DNA of 63,839 nucleotides, counting the filler, from Choristocarpus tenellus KU-1152 (lineage: Eukaryota > Protista > Phaeophyceae): assembly GCA_964200185.2 (NCBI GenBank). It is 11 parts of 11 records of this genome, joined end to end, with 100 filler letters (N's around TTAATTAATTAA, not from the genome) between each part and the next. Parts side by side here need not be neighbours in the genome. Positions count along the whole stretch, not along the records: positions 1 to 11,432 come from CAXNAD020002324.1; positions 11,533 to 17,931 come from CAXNAD020008217.1; 9 more parts are not named here. One strand, given 5' to 3'. Within the stretch, counting starts at the first letter, position 1. The number at the start of each line of letters is the position of its first letter. Position numbers and translations under genes: made by a program. Below, one piece after another: positions 1 to 13,101 of this stretch. Under the pieces are notes generated by a model. It saw only the letters and a program-made list of their open reading frames with translations, ran no database searches and was not told the origin of the DNA.

Positions 1-12
1 CTCCAACGCCCG

Positions 13-45
<33 letters not shown>

Positions 46-2254
46 AGATACTTTGAGCCTCCTGTGTGTGGAGTGGTGGTTTATGTTGTGAATGAAAGTA
101 TCTTAGAGGGTACGAGTTTTGCCCTGTTCGTCCATTATTTGGGGCTTGGCTACCCATGGATTTTTTATGATATTTTCTTACTCCGAAATATTTTGGAGTA
201 GGTCAAATGTATACGTTAGTAAACGGTAACCTGCAATTTTTTTTCTTTTGCATTTGCTTTTTGTCTGATAAAATGTGTTGGGGGGTTACTGTTTTTGAGT
301 AGTAGATGATTTGAACACTTTTGTTCTTGAGTATAGGGGAGAAGACTTCAATCTTTTCGTCAGTGTTGCTTGTATGGCACAAAGTTAACGTACTGTACTC
401 CAAAATGTTATGAACTTTTGAAATCCATCAAACGAAAAACAAGAAGCATTGTGTGCGAAAATCGCCATCTAAAATCAAACCATACCTCTGCTACTCTGGT
501 GAAGATAACCTCTCGTTTTGTGGTACACAAAGACAACCATAACATATAGTTTTCTAGTGTAACAGATAGCAGGATCTCATGTAATTCAGACTTGAGCATT
601 CAAATATTTTAAGCTCAAGCAATACTTCACCTGCCTTTGGTTCTGTCATGAAGCGCTTGGTTGGCTATTTTCTAACGACAATCCTAGGCTTACTTATTGA
701 ACCTGTCAGCTGATGTGTGCAATGACCACCAGGTCCTACCTGGTTACTCGGCCACAGATGGGTTAAAATATGCGAATTTTTCAGGATCACTAAGTCCTGT
801 TTTTAGCATTCAACAAGTGCAGACACCCAAAAGGAGTCCAGGCCTAATATGTAGATTGGTATGTCAAATCTTGTCTCACAATATGCGGGCTATTTTTCGT
901 CTGACATACTTACCTTGCGTTTAAACACCCTCCAAGGTGTGGAAATCCCTGCTTTTTTGGTTATTTTCTGATCTGTTGGTATTTTCCGCACTTCTGTTTT
1001 AGTGAGCAGAATTGCGTGGTTGGCAGTGTGGATGAGAGGAAGACCACATACAACATGTCCAGGCCATCACAAAAAGCAGTATCAATTGCAGTAGTGCACT
1101 GGGAAATGTGAGTAATAAAATAGTGTAAAATACTCGATCAAGTATCAAATGTATTACATTATGCCCCCTATCATATTTTGTCTAGTGGGTGTGAATGGAG
1201 GGGAACAAAGAAGTTAAGGAATTTTTACCAGGTAGGCAGGTTTTGGTACTTTTTCATATAGAGAAGTATTTCTTACTGGTGCAGTAGTGTCTTACCCTAA
1301 TTCATTGATCTATGTGCACAATGATTTTGTGGAGAAAAAAATATATTTCCCCTTGCATCTTTCCACACACGAAATGATACAACATTTTCAGAATTGAACA
1401 AAAAAAATTGCATGTTGGCCGTTTCTCGGGATCCTCTATAAACTTTCCTTCCTCTCAATTGGTTTGAAGACCAAAATTAATTATAGACAAAGGGAACCAA
1501 CCTACAAGAAGTTTTGGAACAATAATAGGACTACAAGACAGTACAGTAGTAGCATTATATCATATACTGAATCAAAGCTAATATGATACTGTCAAGTATG
1601 TACAGAATTCGGCTCGTTTTACTATTGTCTATCGCATATTTTCTTAATTGTGTTCGATAAACCTTAAACAATGGAGAATGTAACGCTCTGAAATAAAATG
1701 TAGAACTTCACCCATAGAAATATGGGCGAAGAGCAAAACATTGAAAAAAAAGACAAAAAATATAAAAATGACCAAAAACTGGGTACCTCTCATTTACTTT
1801 TTCCCACTAGTTTCCAATCTAGATACCTACTATCAAGCTGACAAGAATTAGCACTTTGAAGCATCATCTAATTTCTACTTGTAATATGGTCCATAGTATC
1901 TTGGGGCGTTATCTAGGGCATGTTGTCCATTCGGGGCTTGACAGAATATTACAAGATACCCCAGTTTGATGCCCATTTTGAGGGTGAGTTTCCTTTGGAT
2001 TTGGTTCTGGTAGGAGGATGGAAAAGAAAATTGCATTCAGGTGAAGTAAATAATAATCAAATTCCCCTTACATCCGACATATTTGCTGAGATGAGCTGAA
2101 CAGATCAATACAGGTTCACACAGGCCCCGAATGGACACTTGACCCCCCCTGAAGGATACTCTGTTTCAAATATTATTTATGTTACACAAAGACATGTTCG
2201 ACACTGCTATCCTCCTAGCCTACAAAGATGGTTGAGAAGCTAGGGGAGAATCTG

Positions 2255-3240
2255 AAGAATATGTGAGGTCGCTTCTTCCCCACCACCCCAAGAGCTGGAG
2301 GAGACTCTCAATTCCCCAGGTTGAATTCATAGCCAGGGTTTTATATACATAAGGAGACCCCGAACTGTTAATAATGATTTGAAAATTTTTCACTTTCCAC
2401 CACCATATTGGAAATGAGGGGTCAAAAGAGCGACACAAAGCTATAGCCTTCACAGTATAATCGATTCCCAACATATCAACACATTTTCTTCTTTTCCATA
2501 TCATACTGCTAGCTAAACGGAAACACTAATATAAAAACATTACATAGTTGAACCGCATGACACACCTAGGAAGAGCTCTTTGTGCAGGTACTGACACTGT
2601 CTCAATTGAGTCTTGATAGTATATACAGTACTATTAATATGCCTGCTGACATTACGAAGGTGTGTGAGTGGGGGGGGGGGAACATATTGGTAATACATGC
2701 TTGAACACATGTAAACAATACTGATGGAGCTGCAAATACAGTGTAGAGTAGCTAACCAGTAACAAAACAGCAATTGACTAGTGGCATTGAGTGATAAGGA
2801 AGCATATCATAGATACTACAAGTGCACAGGGTGGCCAGGGAATGCCTCCCCCTTGTCTTTGTAGTTCAGTCTAGTTAGAGGTCAAACACCAATGCCATTG
2901 TACACACTCTTGATCTAATGTATCATCAAAGGAAATATACTTAAGTGACACATCATCTTCACCAGGGAGTGTCGAATAGAACAGACCAAAAATAAATTAC
3001 AATAGCTATTACTATGATTGCAATAATAGTTGTCATTGCTAAGATACCCCCTCAAAATATGGACATACCCTTTCCTGCTGAATATTACCCACCCCTAGTT
3101 CCCCTTGCTGAATGTGTGACCAGGTCATGGAGGAAACTCTCTTGTTGCATGTATTGGGAATAAGTGAACCGCCCAAAACCCAATACGTCACTTCATATGA
3201 AGGTCTTGAGTTGTCCTGAAGTCCCAATAGAAAACGAGAG
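2255..3240 (-). mobile_element. Possible hAT transposase C-terminal (dimerisation domain) relics, two fragments
   Basis: Frameshifted PIWWWK...LAMNST...ERVSSS...VVGKKR (2255-2425) and PNTCNKRVSSMTWSHI (3085-3240) loosely resemble WW...LAIPATSASSERVFS. Confidence 0.25.
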
Positions 3241-3539
3241 GAAAGGAGTTCATGATGATATAGTAGGTAGCCCCCTTTAAGGCAACTGCATGCAAACCCA
3301 AACCAAGTTGCCTCAATGGTGAAAGTCCAGTCTAATAAGAGAACTTTCTCTCTTAAGGGCCTAACACACATTAGAGTGGACAGTTTTCAAAAGAGGATTG
3401 TAACCATTCAAAACCTCACCATTTAGTAATAAAGTGTGACACCTGTGTTTGACTTGATGTTACTCACTCAGGCACAACATTGTGTCAATGCAATTGTTAT
3501 TGTGCAGAGAACACAACCACATATTACAAAACCCACCAA

Positions 3540-4500
3540 GCAAAGAATTGTCCGATATCTGTCTGCATTGAATATTGTTTGTCAAAGACACTCAACAACC
3601 TTTCAATGTCATCACCATTGTCATGATCACCATCCTGTGTCACACTCTGGTCTTCAGACAAACCCACCCCCTCCCTCACCATCCTGACTTACAGTGCTTG
3701 TAACACAAACTACCTCCACTTGCTTATCCCTGAGGTCCTGCGACAAGATCTCAACTACATCCTCCTGCTATTGTAGTTGCAGCCATTCCTGGACCCTAGT
3801 GGTCCTGTTGTTGACAGGAGTTCGCCAGTCTTCATTTCAAGGTCTCCCAATGCCTTCCTGATGCCAATGTCACAATCTATCTCCCTCGTCTCCTTGTTGA
3901 ACGCCGGTAATTGTTCTGCAAAAAATATTTTCATTGGCTTTTCCCCATAATCAAAGTCCTCCAAAGCCTTGATATATGCATCATGCCGCATGTTTGAAAG
4001 TAGATTTGCTTTCTCAGACATGAAGATCAAATGACATGATGGCATCTTGACTAACCGGCGATCAACTCTCCTGGCCTCCTTCACAAACCCCGTGACCATG
4101 CGATGTTCTTGATCCAGCAACAGAAACACAAAATAGAGGCCAGTGATTAATTGCTAAAACAACTTAGATGTAGGGGGGCATAGTCGCAGTTGGCAAGCAG
4201 TTGGATGGCACAAACTACTGGTATAGTGCAGACAGTAGTACCACAACTCAAACACATACGAGCAGATACACAATCATACCTCTGTGTGTCGTAGTTTCAT
4301 AGCCGCCTTCTCTTCACCCTTTTCACTGGTAAGAAGTTGCTTCTCTATCTCCCTGTTAAAGGATCGAATCCTTCGGATGGTCCTCCCATCAACCTCCTAT
4401 TGCTTTGCTGTGTCACCGTGGTTCAACTTTTGCCTACCTGTCAAGCCCAACACTTCACCTTTTTCATCCAAAGACAATCACCTCTTTTTTGTCAGCACTT
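3540..4500 (-). mobile_element. Decayed pogo/Tigger-like (CENP-B type) transposase
   Basis: Minus-strand segments fall in the expected order. HTH1 is KKR*LSLDEKGEVL...TAKQ*EVDGRTIRRI (~4365-4490), followed by a GT donor at ~4278. An HTH2-like segment MVTGFVKEARR...KMPSCHLIFMSEKA...SRNG lies in ORF 3755-4129. A frameshifted IFNAD..IGQFF at ~3545-3580 resembles IFNADETGLF. Stops and frameshifts are present. Confidence 0.6.
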
Positions 4501-5328
4501 CCTGTTGTGTCGTGGTTACGGCCCCCTTTCTGCTTTCCTGCGCTGGACAAGGCACTACCCCCTCAACCGTGTTTGCTAAACATTCTCCCGAAGTCGACCC
4601 CTTACCGGACAGCTGCAACTCTTCAGGAACAAGGCTATTTCTAGTTGGAAGAGAGGAAGTCACGGACACAACGACAATTCATCGTAACTGTTGCCATCAT
4701 CACTCTGGTCTGCTACCCTCGGCACTGTTCTCATCAGAAATATACTCGTTCGGAATGTGACAATCGAAGGTCAGTCTCTTCATCTCATCGTCCCCATCCG
4801 GATCCGCAGTGTCATAAATTCCATGGAGGTGGCCTCTGCACCGACATTATGTCCAGTAAAGTGTGGTGATCCATTTTGTCATGTTTAGATGAGACAGAGA
4901 TGTTTCTTCCTCACCGCATGGTCAAAGTAAGCACAAGGTAGGTACCCTGTAGTAGGTTCCTATGTGACCACAAACGGGGTTGTGACTAGACTCGACCGGC
5001 ACGTTTGTCAACCTCTGTCCAATATGACCCAAAACATTGTGGTGCGATATTTGTGTCAACCCCAAATGGGTTCACTCATTGAATGACTAGCCTTATTCAC
5101 AGTTTTAAAAGGGGGGAAGGAAGTGAAAGTATTGATGACAAGAATTTGGTTATTAAAATATATACCGACATCTTAGTTCTACCGTGTCATTATGAGGAGA
5201 GACTGAATTGTGGTTATGTTCACAGTTCAACGACTTCTGTAGAGTTTTTAGCGTTAGGTATTTGTCAGAGAACTCAACTTCTCTGAAGTGGCTTGGCTGG
5301 GGTAACTTCAGGAAGGTTGGATATTAGT

Positions 5329-8049
5329 ATGGCCGGGTTCGCCACGCTAGACAGCATCAAGAAAGAAGAGGAAGAAGAGAAGAGAGGCGACAACACTTAC
5401 TATGCTGGAGGTGCAAGGGGGGCTGGCCAAGGAGGCAGGTGGGGTTAATGATATTGGAGAGAGGCCTCCATTCGATTTACCACTCTCATGATGACAGTTT
5501 TTGCCAGAATGATCTTCCCTAATCTTTTTATGCTGCTTTAAACAAGTTGACAATAACAAAAATGCCATGGTCTGAAGTTACATGGAAATTGCTCTCCGCT
5601 TCATGGTTTGTGCATTGGGATTCTTGGATGGGCCCACTAAAGTGGACTGAACGTCATTGGAGGACCGAACGATGATAATCGAGGAGTAGGAGCTGGATCA
5701 GAACCCAACGTGCAGGAGATCTTCCGACGGGCTGAGGCAGGGTAAGCGTGATCCTGTACAATCGATGTTGATATTTTCCCATTGTCCTGGATGCACCTCA
5801 CTTTTTCTCTCGTTCGCTCGTTGTTCCAAGACTTGATTATGCTGCCGTCTCAACCATCTTATAATGGTGATTATCTAGTCGATGTCCCTTCCTCTTCTCA
5901 ACTACTGCGCCCACCCGGTTCTGCCACAGCGGTGCGCCTGCTAGTGGTAGTGGTGGTGGACCACCACGAACTATCACCATGTACCGAGCGGGCTTCACTG
6001 TAGATGATGGACCATTTCGCCGGCTTGATGACCCTGCCAATAAGGAATTCTTGAAGGACTTGGCGAATGGGTGAGCTGCAATTTTTTGCCTCGGATTGAA
6101 GGTAGACCTGCTTATATCCAACCATGCCCTACTCACTGTGCGTTATGTTTTCACCAATGCGGACAATTTTTGACTTTGCATATATTGCAAGAGCACCCTG
6201 TCTTCCATAAACATCGACAAACAACCCCGGATATCATGTCGTGCTGATTATTGTGGAAAAGGGTGGTCCCAAAAGAGCTGGAGACCGGAGTCGCAGGGAG
6301 AGGTGTTGATGTCACACTTGTAGACAAGCATGAAGAAGATTTCGTGGCTCCTGCGTACGTGGCATATGGGGGAGAGGGACAAACAATGGGGTGAGATGTC
6401 CAAGCTGTGTATCTGTTACCTTGTCTGAAGTGTAGAGGTCCTGCCCATTCTTTGGAGGCGGAGGTTTTCGGAATCAATTGAGGATTTATTTGTCTATGAA
6501 GCAAGTTGAACGTTTACATGTACACAGGGGCGTTATGGGTGGTTGTTTTAGTAGAGATAAGTTCGGTTGAAGGACTACCAGTGGGCTTTTGAATCAAGGC
6601 AAGGAAATTAGCTTGTCAAGAACAAGCCACTGTCTGCATCTGGTTGTCTAGTTTCCTGTCAGTTCATTTTGGATAGGGACTTGTGCATTGATTGTATCAA
6701 CCTTGACAGAACAAGGGTGATTGTGATATTTTTCTGCTGCTACTCGCAAAAAACTCATTTCACAATGCATGAGTGAAGAAGAATCCTCACTGTATGGTGT
6801 GTTTATATATCAACACGGTGTTTGCTATCACAATCCATTAATTGATAAGTTTTATGGTATGATGGTGTGGGAGTGTCATGTTGTGTTCCACTTTAGTCAT
6901 GCCATTTGCTGGGCCCATAAGGTTCCTTGATCTCGACTACCAAGGCCTCAGCCTCTCAATATTTATTGTCAGCTGCTTGATTCCTGCGCCACAGGTCATC
7001 TTCAGTTGCACAAGGTTCAGTGCTGACAAGCAATGAAGGGGAGGTACAAGTCCCAGAGGTGGACAATTCTCAGCCCTCCACTACTTTACAGATCCGACTG
7101 CATGATGGGAGACGGGTGCGGGCGCAGCTCAACATGCACCATACCGTACAACATGTGCAAGCTATCATCCAGAGGTAATCATTGCATTGGGAGATCTGGA
7201 GTGGAAGAGTTGGTTGATTCCATGTTCAAATTGGCTACATGCTAATGCTGATGTGTTACATTTTGTTCTGAAATTAAACTTTGGTTGTGATCGACGTGTG
7301 GAATCCATTACAGTGAAGTCATACATTTCCGCCTCTCCACATACATCTGTGTATATTTGTATAAAGTGGATAACTCATATAGAGATCAAGATTGCCTACT
7401 ACTAAGGATGAACGTATGAGTCGACTTAGAGAGGGGTAAGAAGATATTTCCAACCTGCAGCAATTTGGACTCACAGCCCCTTGGCGTTATGGGCCAATGT
7501 GGCCCTTCAACTGGGTTGCCACAACGCGTCCAGTGCCTGGTAAAACACTGAACAGACGATTTTTTTCATTTTAAACTGTTCTGAACATACATTAAAATAC
7601 ATTGCTACATTAAGCCTTTGGTTGCACAGGTATTCATTAAATCAACAGTCCTTTATCAAAGAAATAGAACTATGTACAGAAGGAAAACCTCATGTTTGAC
7701 TGAGCTGGAAAAAACATTATCCCGTAACATTGAATCCCACCTTGCAAGAGTAGGAAGAGGGATGCTTCCATTACCTGTGGATATGAACAAAATCCGTTTT
7801 CAGTTCTGGGGTGCTGTGTTGACAACGTTTTAGATATTACTCAATCATCATGACTGTTCAGGACCCCAGTGAATCTCTATATTTTTTTAAGCTTAACATG
7901 TATCCCTCTTGTACACCTGCAGGGAAGGAGCAGGAGTGGCACCCTATGTCCTTATGGCAGGTTATCCCCCATCTGCACTTTCTGATGCAAAGCAAACCCT
8001 GGAACAGGCAGGGCTAAAGGGGGCATCTATCACTCAAAAATTGGCATAG
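5329..8049 (+). CDS. NSFL1C: p47/NSFL1C/Shp1-like p97 (Cdc48) cofactor with SEP and UBX domains, 6 exons, 261 aa
   Basis: GT-AG exons 5329-5438, 5643-5741, 5930-6070, 6262-6390, 6995-7174 and 7923-8049 total 786 nt and splice in frame. Recognisable segments: NTYYAGG...SGLNV, the SEP domain (ITMYRAGFTVDDGPFRRLDDPANKEFLKDLANGVVPKEL...VTLVDKHEEDF), the SHP box (YVAYGGEGQTMG) and the UBX domain (TTLQIRLHDGRRVRAQLN...LMAGYPP...TLEQAGL). No N-terminal UBA domain is seen. Confidence 0.93.
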
Positions 8050-9198
8050 AATATTCTCAAGTGTTGTTCAGGGAGGGTGAGAGAGACTGGTGGGCACAAG
8101 GGCACAATGTTGGTGGATTGTTATGTTACAGACGGGTGTGTACGACACATTCTCTCTCTTTCATCGCACAAGAGAACAACTCTTTGGCATTATGTTCTGG
8201 GAGTAGAGATGTCTGTCTGTTTCAGCTACTTTTGGAGTTGTTGCAGGTTGGGAAATGTTACTCTTTTGCATCGATTTGTCTCGAGTTGAAGTCATCTCTA
8301 ATGATCTGAGATTGCAGTAGGTGATTGCTCAAGACCTTCGGCAAGTACCTGCTATCCATGAGCTCATTTTACTGTGCATGTTGCGTATCTCTCAAGGTTT
8401 TCTGTGCTTTTTTTCTCTATCTGACCTAACTCCTCCATTGTGTAATTGGGTACCACTGTAAGATGATATCACCATGTTCTTCGCTCCTCACATGTTTCCA
8501 TGCAACTCTACAGTCTGGTGATATCAAACCTTTCGAAATATATGCAGGCACAATACAGAGCAACAGCCTCTTGTCCAACTTGTTCATAGTAATCTAAAGT
8601 TGTTCCATTTCTATGCTACTACTGTGATTGAAGTACCATGCAAACAAAAGCACTAAAGGGACATGTGGTCCCGAGGTCTTAGGCAGAGTGCATGGCATAG
8701 GTGGAATGTTGGTATGACAGGATGGCAGGCAGGTCAATGGAGAGGGTGAATGTCATTGTGCAGATATGACATTGCTTGGTGTCTGTTGGCTACGATACAT
8801 ACTCTGGAGTAGATTTGGCTGGAAACCTTCACATTCAAATACCCAAACAGAGATGATATGCTTCTCACTTCTACATCCATGACCCACACCTCTATGAACA
8901 AAACAAGAAAAGATTGCCCTTCATCATCACAGCAGTCGGAGTCCCGATCATGAATAAATGGTAGGTGCAAGCACATGCTTGCAATCAAGAATTTACGTGG
9001 GAGTAGACTTGTCTCAAATAGTTGCATCACTAATATAGTGACGGGGAAAGGGTCTTGTTCAGTTGCAACTGTTACTTACATTTTGATAGTTGCCATGTGA
9101 CCAGTGTAAAAATACTTAATAGAACCCTGGGCCCGCCATTGCGCTATGACAAACACACATTTTATACACGCGGCATCATCATGGGGTCATGGCATCTC

Positions 9199-10069
9199 TC
9201 AATTTCTTGGGTAGAACCACGCGATGGCTACACCTAAGAAGGCCAATACACCACCAGCTATATCTCCTCTGTCAATCTTTAGACCATCAGCAAGTATACC
9301 CCACACGTAAGACATTGCGATAAATACTCCACCATAAACTGCGAACACACGACCAAATTCCGCGCTGGCAGATGTCGGTAGAAATGTTGGCGGCACGAAG
9401 CCGTACAATACCAGAGTCTGCACGGTCAGTCAAGATGAAGCAAAGATGGCGTAGTAGCATGCAATATTGGAGCATGTGAGCCTATGAGGGCTACTGATGA
9501 ATGAATTGTTCAACCAAGTCAGAAGGTCTTGATAACAAGCATTATTTGTATTTTGAAACATGTGCAGTGAGTGAAAGGCCAACTCTATAATCATATACTG
9601 AACAACTTGTAGGTCCAGAGAGGAATGGGAGTGTTCTGCTCACCAGACTTCCCAATACCGCATACCACCAAGGACGCCTCTCCCTCAGCGATTGCCATAC
9701 AAGCCATCTGTGATGGTTGGCACGTAAGAGTAACGACGATGGCACATTATTGAATACATGAATCTGTGGAGTGGAGTATTCCCATGTCATGTTTCAACTC
9801 GACAACATTACATTATACACCCAGGGATCGATGGAGTAGGGCATTGGAAACTCATTTCGGGCAGGCACCTACAACAGGCTGATACCAACACTAAGATCAT
9901 ATAATTCTGCGAGGAGAAGGGGAGACAAATATGTGTCCGATTCCGCAACCTTTACGACTTACCCGCCACCTATTTCACATATCCCAGCCAGAAAAAACGC
10001 TGCAATCGATTGGGCAACAGAGCGGGTCGACCATTTTACTGGGTCTTCACTCTCTCCCGTGTCTTGCAT
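9199..10069 (-). CDS. ynfA: YnfA/UPF0060 family small membrane protein (SMR-like, DMT superfamily), 3 exons, 129 aa
   Basis: Exons 10069-9963, 9707-9644 and 9417-9199 total 390 nt with GT-AG introns. Translation: ...[26 protein letters not shown]...FGRVFAVYGGVFIAMSYVWGILADGLKIDRGDIAGG...WFYPRN*. The EIGG and FGRVxAxYGGVFI motifs are hallmarks of YnfA. Confidence 0.9.
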
Positions 10070-10309
10070 CAATACTGTAAAAAGTAGTTTAGAGTTGGGG
10101 ATTTGGAATTTTGGAGTTCATACACCATGTACCATAATTTATACACATATAAATGCTCTATTTATCAAAAAAGCTGTGGAGAAAGTACCATCTTAAGGCA
10201 TACTTGTTGAGAATATGTATGTTTTGCTTTACTCAAAAATTCCTGAATATTAATTAGCCTCATTTTAGCATTCCATCCATGCTACTACTCCTTCGCCATT
10301 GTAACACCA

Positions 10310-10730
10310 CTGGTGACAATCAGTGCGACCAATCTTTGTCACTAGTTTCCAGTCATCAACCAACGCGACCGATCCCGAATATCATGGACCAACCAATGCA
10401 ATGCGTCCAATCTCACGTCCCAGTGACCATCTAGTGCGACCAATCTTCGCAACTGATTTCCAGCTACCAGCCAACGTGGCCGATCCCGCATATCCAGTGA
10501 CCAACCAGTGCAACTAATCCTCGTCACCAGTTTCCAGTCACCAACCAATCAATGCGGCCATTCTCCGCGAATCCATCCACCTTCCTCCGCAAGACTTTCC
10601 ACCACTGTCCACTATACCACATCAGTCAACACCACTCCACAACACTCCACAACACTCCACCTTTATCAAAGAACACCCTCCATCCACTTCAATATTCTGT
10701 GCCTTTGAACTAGAAGATATCTACCCTGCC
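10310..10730 (+). repeat. Dispersed repeat with internal 30-55-bp tandem units and a conserved GCCTTTGAACTAGAAGA box (copy 1)
   Basis: Units of the form ACCAACCAGTGCGACC...TTTCCAG, then CTCCAC runs, then the box. Homologous copies lie on the minus strand at ~19425-19780 and ~57040-57480. Confidence 0.75.
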
Positions 10731-11432
10731 TTGCTTGTCCTGCACCACCACCCTTAGCTTTGCCTTTAGTTCTTCCCCATTCTTTCCCACCTCATGCTTC
10801 CACCTACCACTTATTTAACTTCTCTCCTACCTCTTCTGTCTCCTAACCACCCAATTTCGCCCATCTTTCATTATTTTCTTTTTACCCCTGCCAACACACA
10901 GCTTACCATGCGTATTCATACTCACAAAACTCAGATTACTTCGTAAACTTTCCCGTTTTTTAGGTTTAAATGCGTTATTGGGAGAAGACAAAGTCAAGGT
11001 ATGAGTTTATTTCAGGTCTGTAATGCCTTAAAATATACTTTGAAAAGAAGACTGTAACTGCTGAAAGGAAAAACATTTTCAAGGGTAGTTGAACTATCCC
11101 ACACTGGACCCGCGGATTTTATGGTACTTTAATGAAGGACAAAGAACAGCTTGATGTAGATGAGTAAAGTTAATATTGCAAGGGGCCTTATGGTCTCGAT
11201 TCCGCTGACTGAATATGTGGGCAAGACCAGTGCAGACTATCATGTGGGATTTGCAACGTCTACATGGATAATCAGAAAAGAATCACATCTACATATATCA
11301 TACGTGCCATATATGACATATCAACTGGTGATCCAATATCAGGTCCCTACCATACACGAACTACCATACATGAACGTTGTGTAGAGCTCAAATGAAATAT
11401 ACGGAAACATATATCTGGCTCTATCTTTCCTC

Positions 11433-11532
11433 NNNNNNNNNNNNNNNNNNNNNNNNNNNNNNNNNNNNNNNNNNNNTTAATTAATTAANNNNNNNNNNNN
11501 NNNNNNNNNNNNNNNNNNNNNNNNNNNNNNNN
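11433..11532. other. Artificial contig-joining spacer, one of ten
   Basis: N44-TTAATTAATTAA-N44. The others are at 17932-18031, 22902-23001, 30777-30876, 35298-35397, 39931-40030, 44047-44146, 48262-48361, 54334-54433 and 61230-61329. Confidence 0.98.
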
Positions 11533-12012
11533 CCCATGGGGAACCAAGCCCCGAATGGACAAACAGGGCAAAACTCGTACCCTCTAAGATACTTTCACTC
11601 TCCTTCTGATTATTTCCCCGCACAACCCTTGGTCAACCTAGGTACACCTCCCTGCTATTGCTTTTCTCTCAGCTTGCTAGAGCACAGTGGCTATTAAATG
11701 TCGGAGCTTTTCCTTCTCTTTCCCACCTGGTGCAGTTTCCCCCTGTCACCCACTCACACCAATAGGCCCTGCAGTACCTTATCCTGGCCATGAAACGTTG
11801 TTAGCAGTTTATTATTGTTGTTGCAAGTGAGGCACAGGAGTCCTCAACAGGATTGTTGCTCAATAGCATTGTTGCAACATTTTATCTGAGTGTAATTCTT
11901 TTGACTGTTGATAAAGTGTGCAGAAATCATCTTGACATGACGTAAGGAGACAAATCACTTATGATGATGTTGCAAGGGACACCCAGGAGGAAAAAATGTG
12001 ACAACTTCTTCC

Positions 12013-12270
12013 GAGTGAAATTATCTTAGAGGGTACGAGATTTTCCCTATTTGTCCATTTGGGACTTGGCTTCCAACATTTTTTAATTACATTTTCCTAC
12101 TCCGAAATATCTCGGAGTAGGTAAATTGTTTACGTTATATGAAAAGGTGTGTAAGGAACAAGGATATCGACACTTCCTAACAAAGACGATGGCCAGAATT
12201 ACATCAAAATCACAACATTGGATTTTGCCCCCAAATGGATGCGTCTCTACCCTCTAAGATACTTTGGGTC
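12013..12270 (+). mobile_element. MITE family A (~258 bp), full copy, TSD TTCC
   Basis: TIRs GAGTGAAA(G/T)TATCTTAGAGGGTA...TACCCTCTAAGATACTTTGGGTC, with TTCC on both sides (12009-12012 and 12271-12274). Confidence 0.9.
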
Positions 12271-13101
12271 TTCCCCAATTGGTAATCTTAGGCATAGACC
12301 CCACGGCAACGCTAACAGAGTCCAGACCACTCTCACAACTTGGTTCCTCTGGCTGTATTGACTAGAGTGTAGATCTCGCAGTTCCCACCATCAGTGTTTC
12401 CAGGCATCGGAAGAAGGTGCAATGAAGGTAATGTCATGCCTCTTTGTGCCCACATAGACCTTAAACGACACCCTTGCATTGTCCATCGTGAGTGGTGGGA
12501 TGTAGGTCGCAAATGTACTTTTCATTGGGACAAATGCCCTACAAACTCCACTTTCTGACATCCACACAAGGGTATCATGACATGGGGGAGAACGAGTGCA
12601 AGCATTGGGGCAAACAGTATCAGTTTGTTAAGGAATATTGGTTGCTAGAGTATAGAGCGCAAACCTAGTTAAATATCTCCAAGATATACTCACCTTCCTG
12701 GTGGATGGCACTGTGTGCAACCAAAAGCAAGAATCCTACAAGATACCCTCAGTTGGTTTCGAAAAGATTATGCAGCTCACTCTTGTGTGATACAGGGAAC
12801 GGCAACACTCACACTGCCTACCCACACTACTTCATCCTCGTTTGGAGACTCCTTACAATCATGCGTCTGGAAGGTGTATCGAAAAAACCTTTTATGGTCC
12901 ACTCCTCTTCACATTAAACCACTTTTTGGGGTAGGCGAGAGCATTGCTTGCGCCTCCTGTGCACACCTTTTCGATGTATGACCTCAATGACCCCCGCCAA
13001 AATTGCTAACTACCTCCCTTGTTGGTAGCATGTTGTTGTTGTCGCATTGCAAATCACATGACCACGATCTGCACAATCTCTTCAAATTTCCAGAAGATTA
13101 A

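Noticed and set aside
218-1000. Possible autonomous transposase interior following the truncated MITE A end at 90-217
   Set aside because: Only short broken ORFs are present, with no DDD/E motif or matching right TIR.
8765-8825. HCLVSVGYDTYSGVD resembling a papain-family catalytic His region
   Set aside because: It is short, preceded by a stop, lacks the following YW..KNSW motif and has no other exons.
10310-10560. CRISPR-like repeat/spacer appearance
   Set aside because: The units are degenerate and related to each other, with no unique spacers and no cas genes, in a eukaryotic context.
12430-12985. Exon-like decayed minus-strand coding segments
   Set aside because: They contain multiple stops and match no recognisable family.
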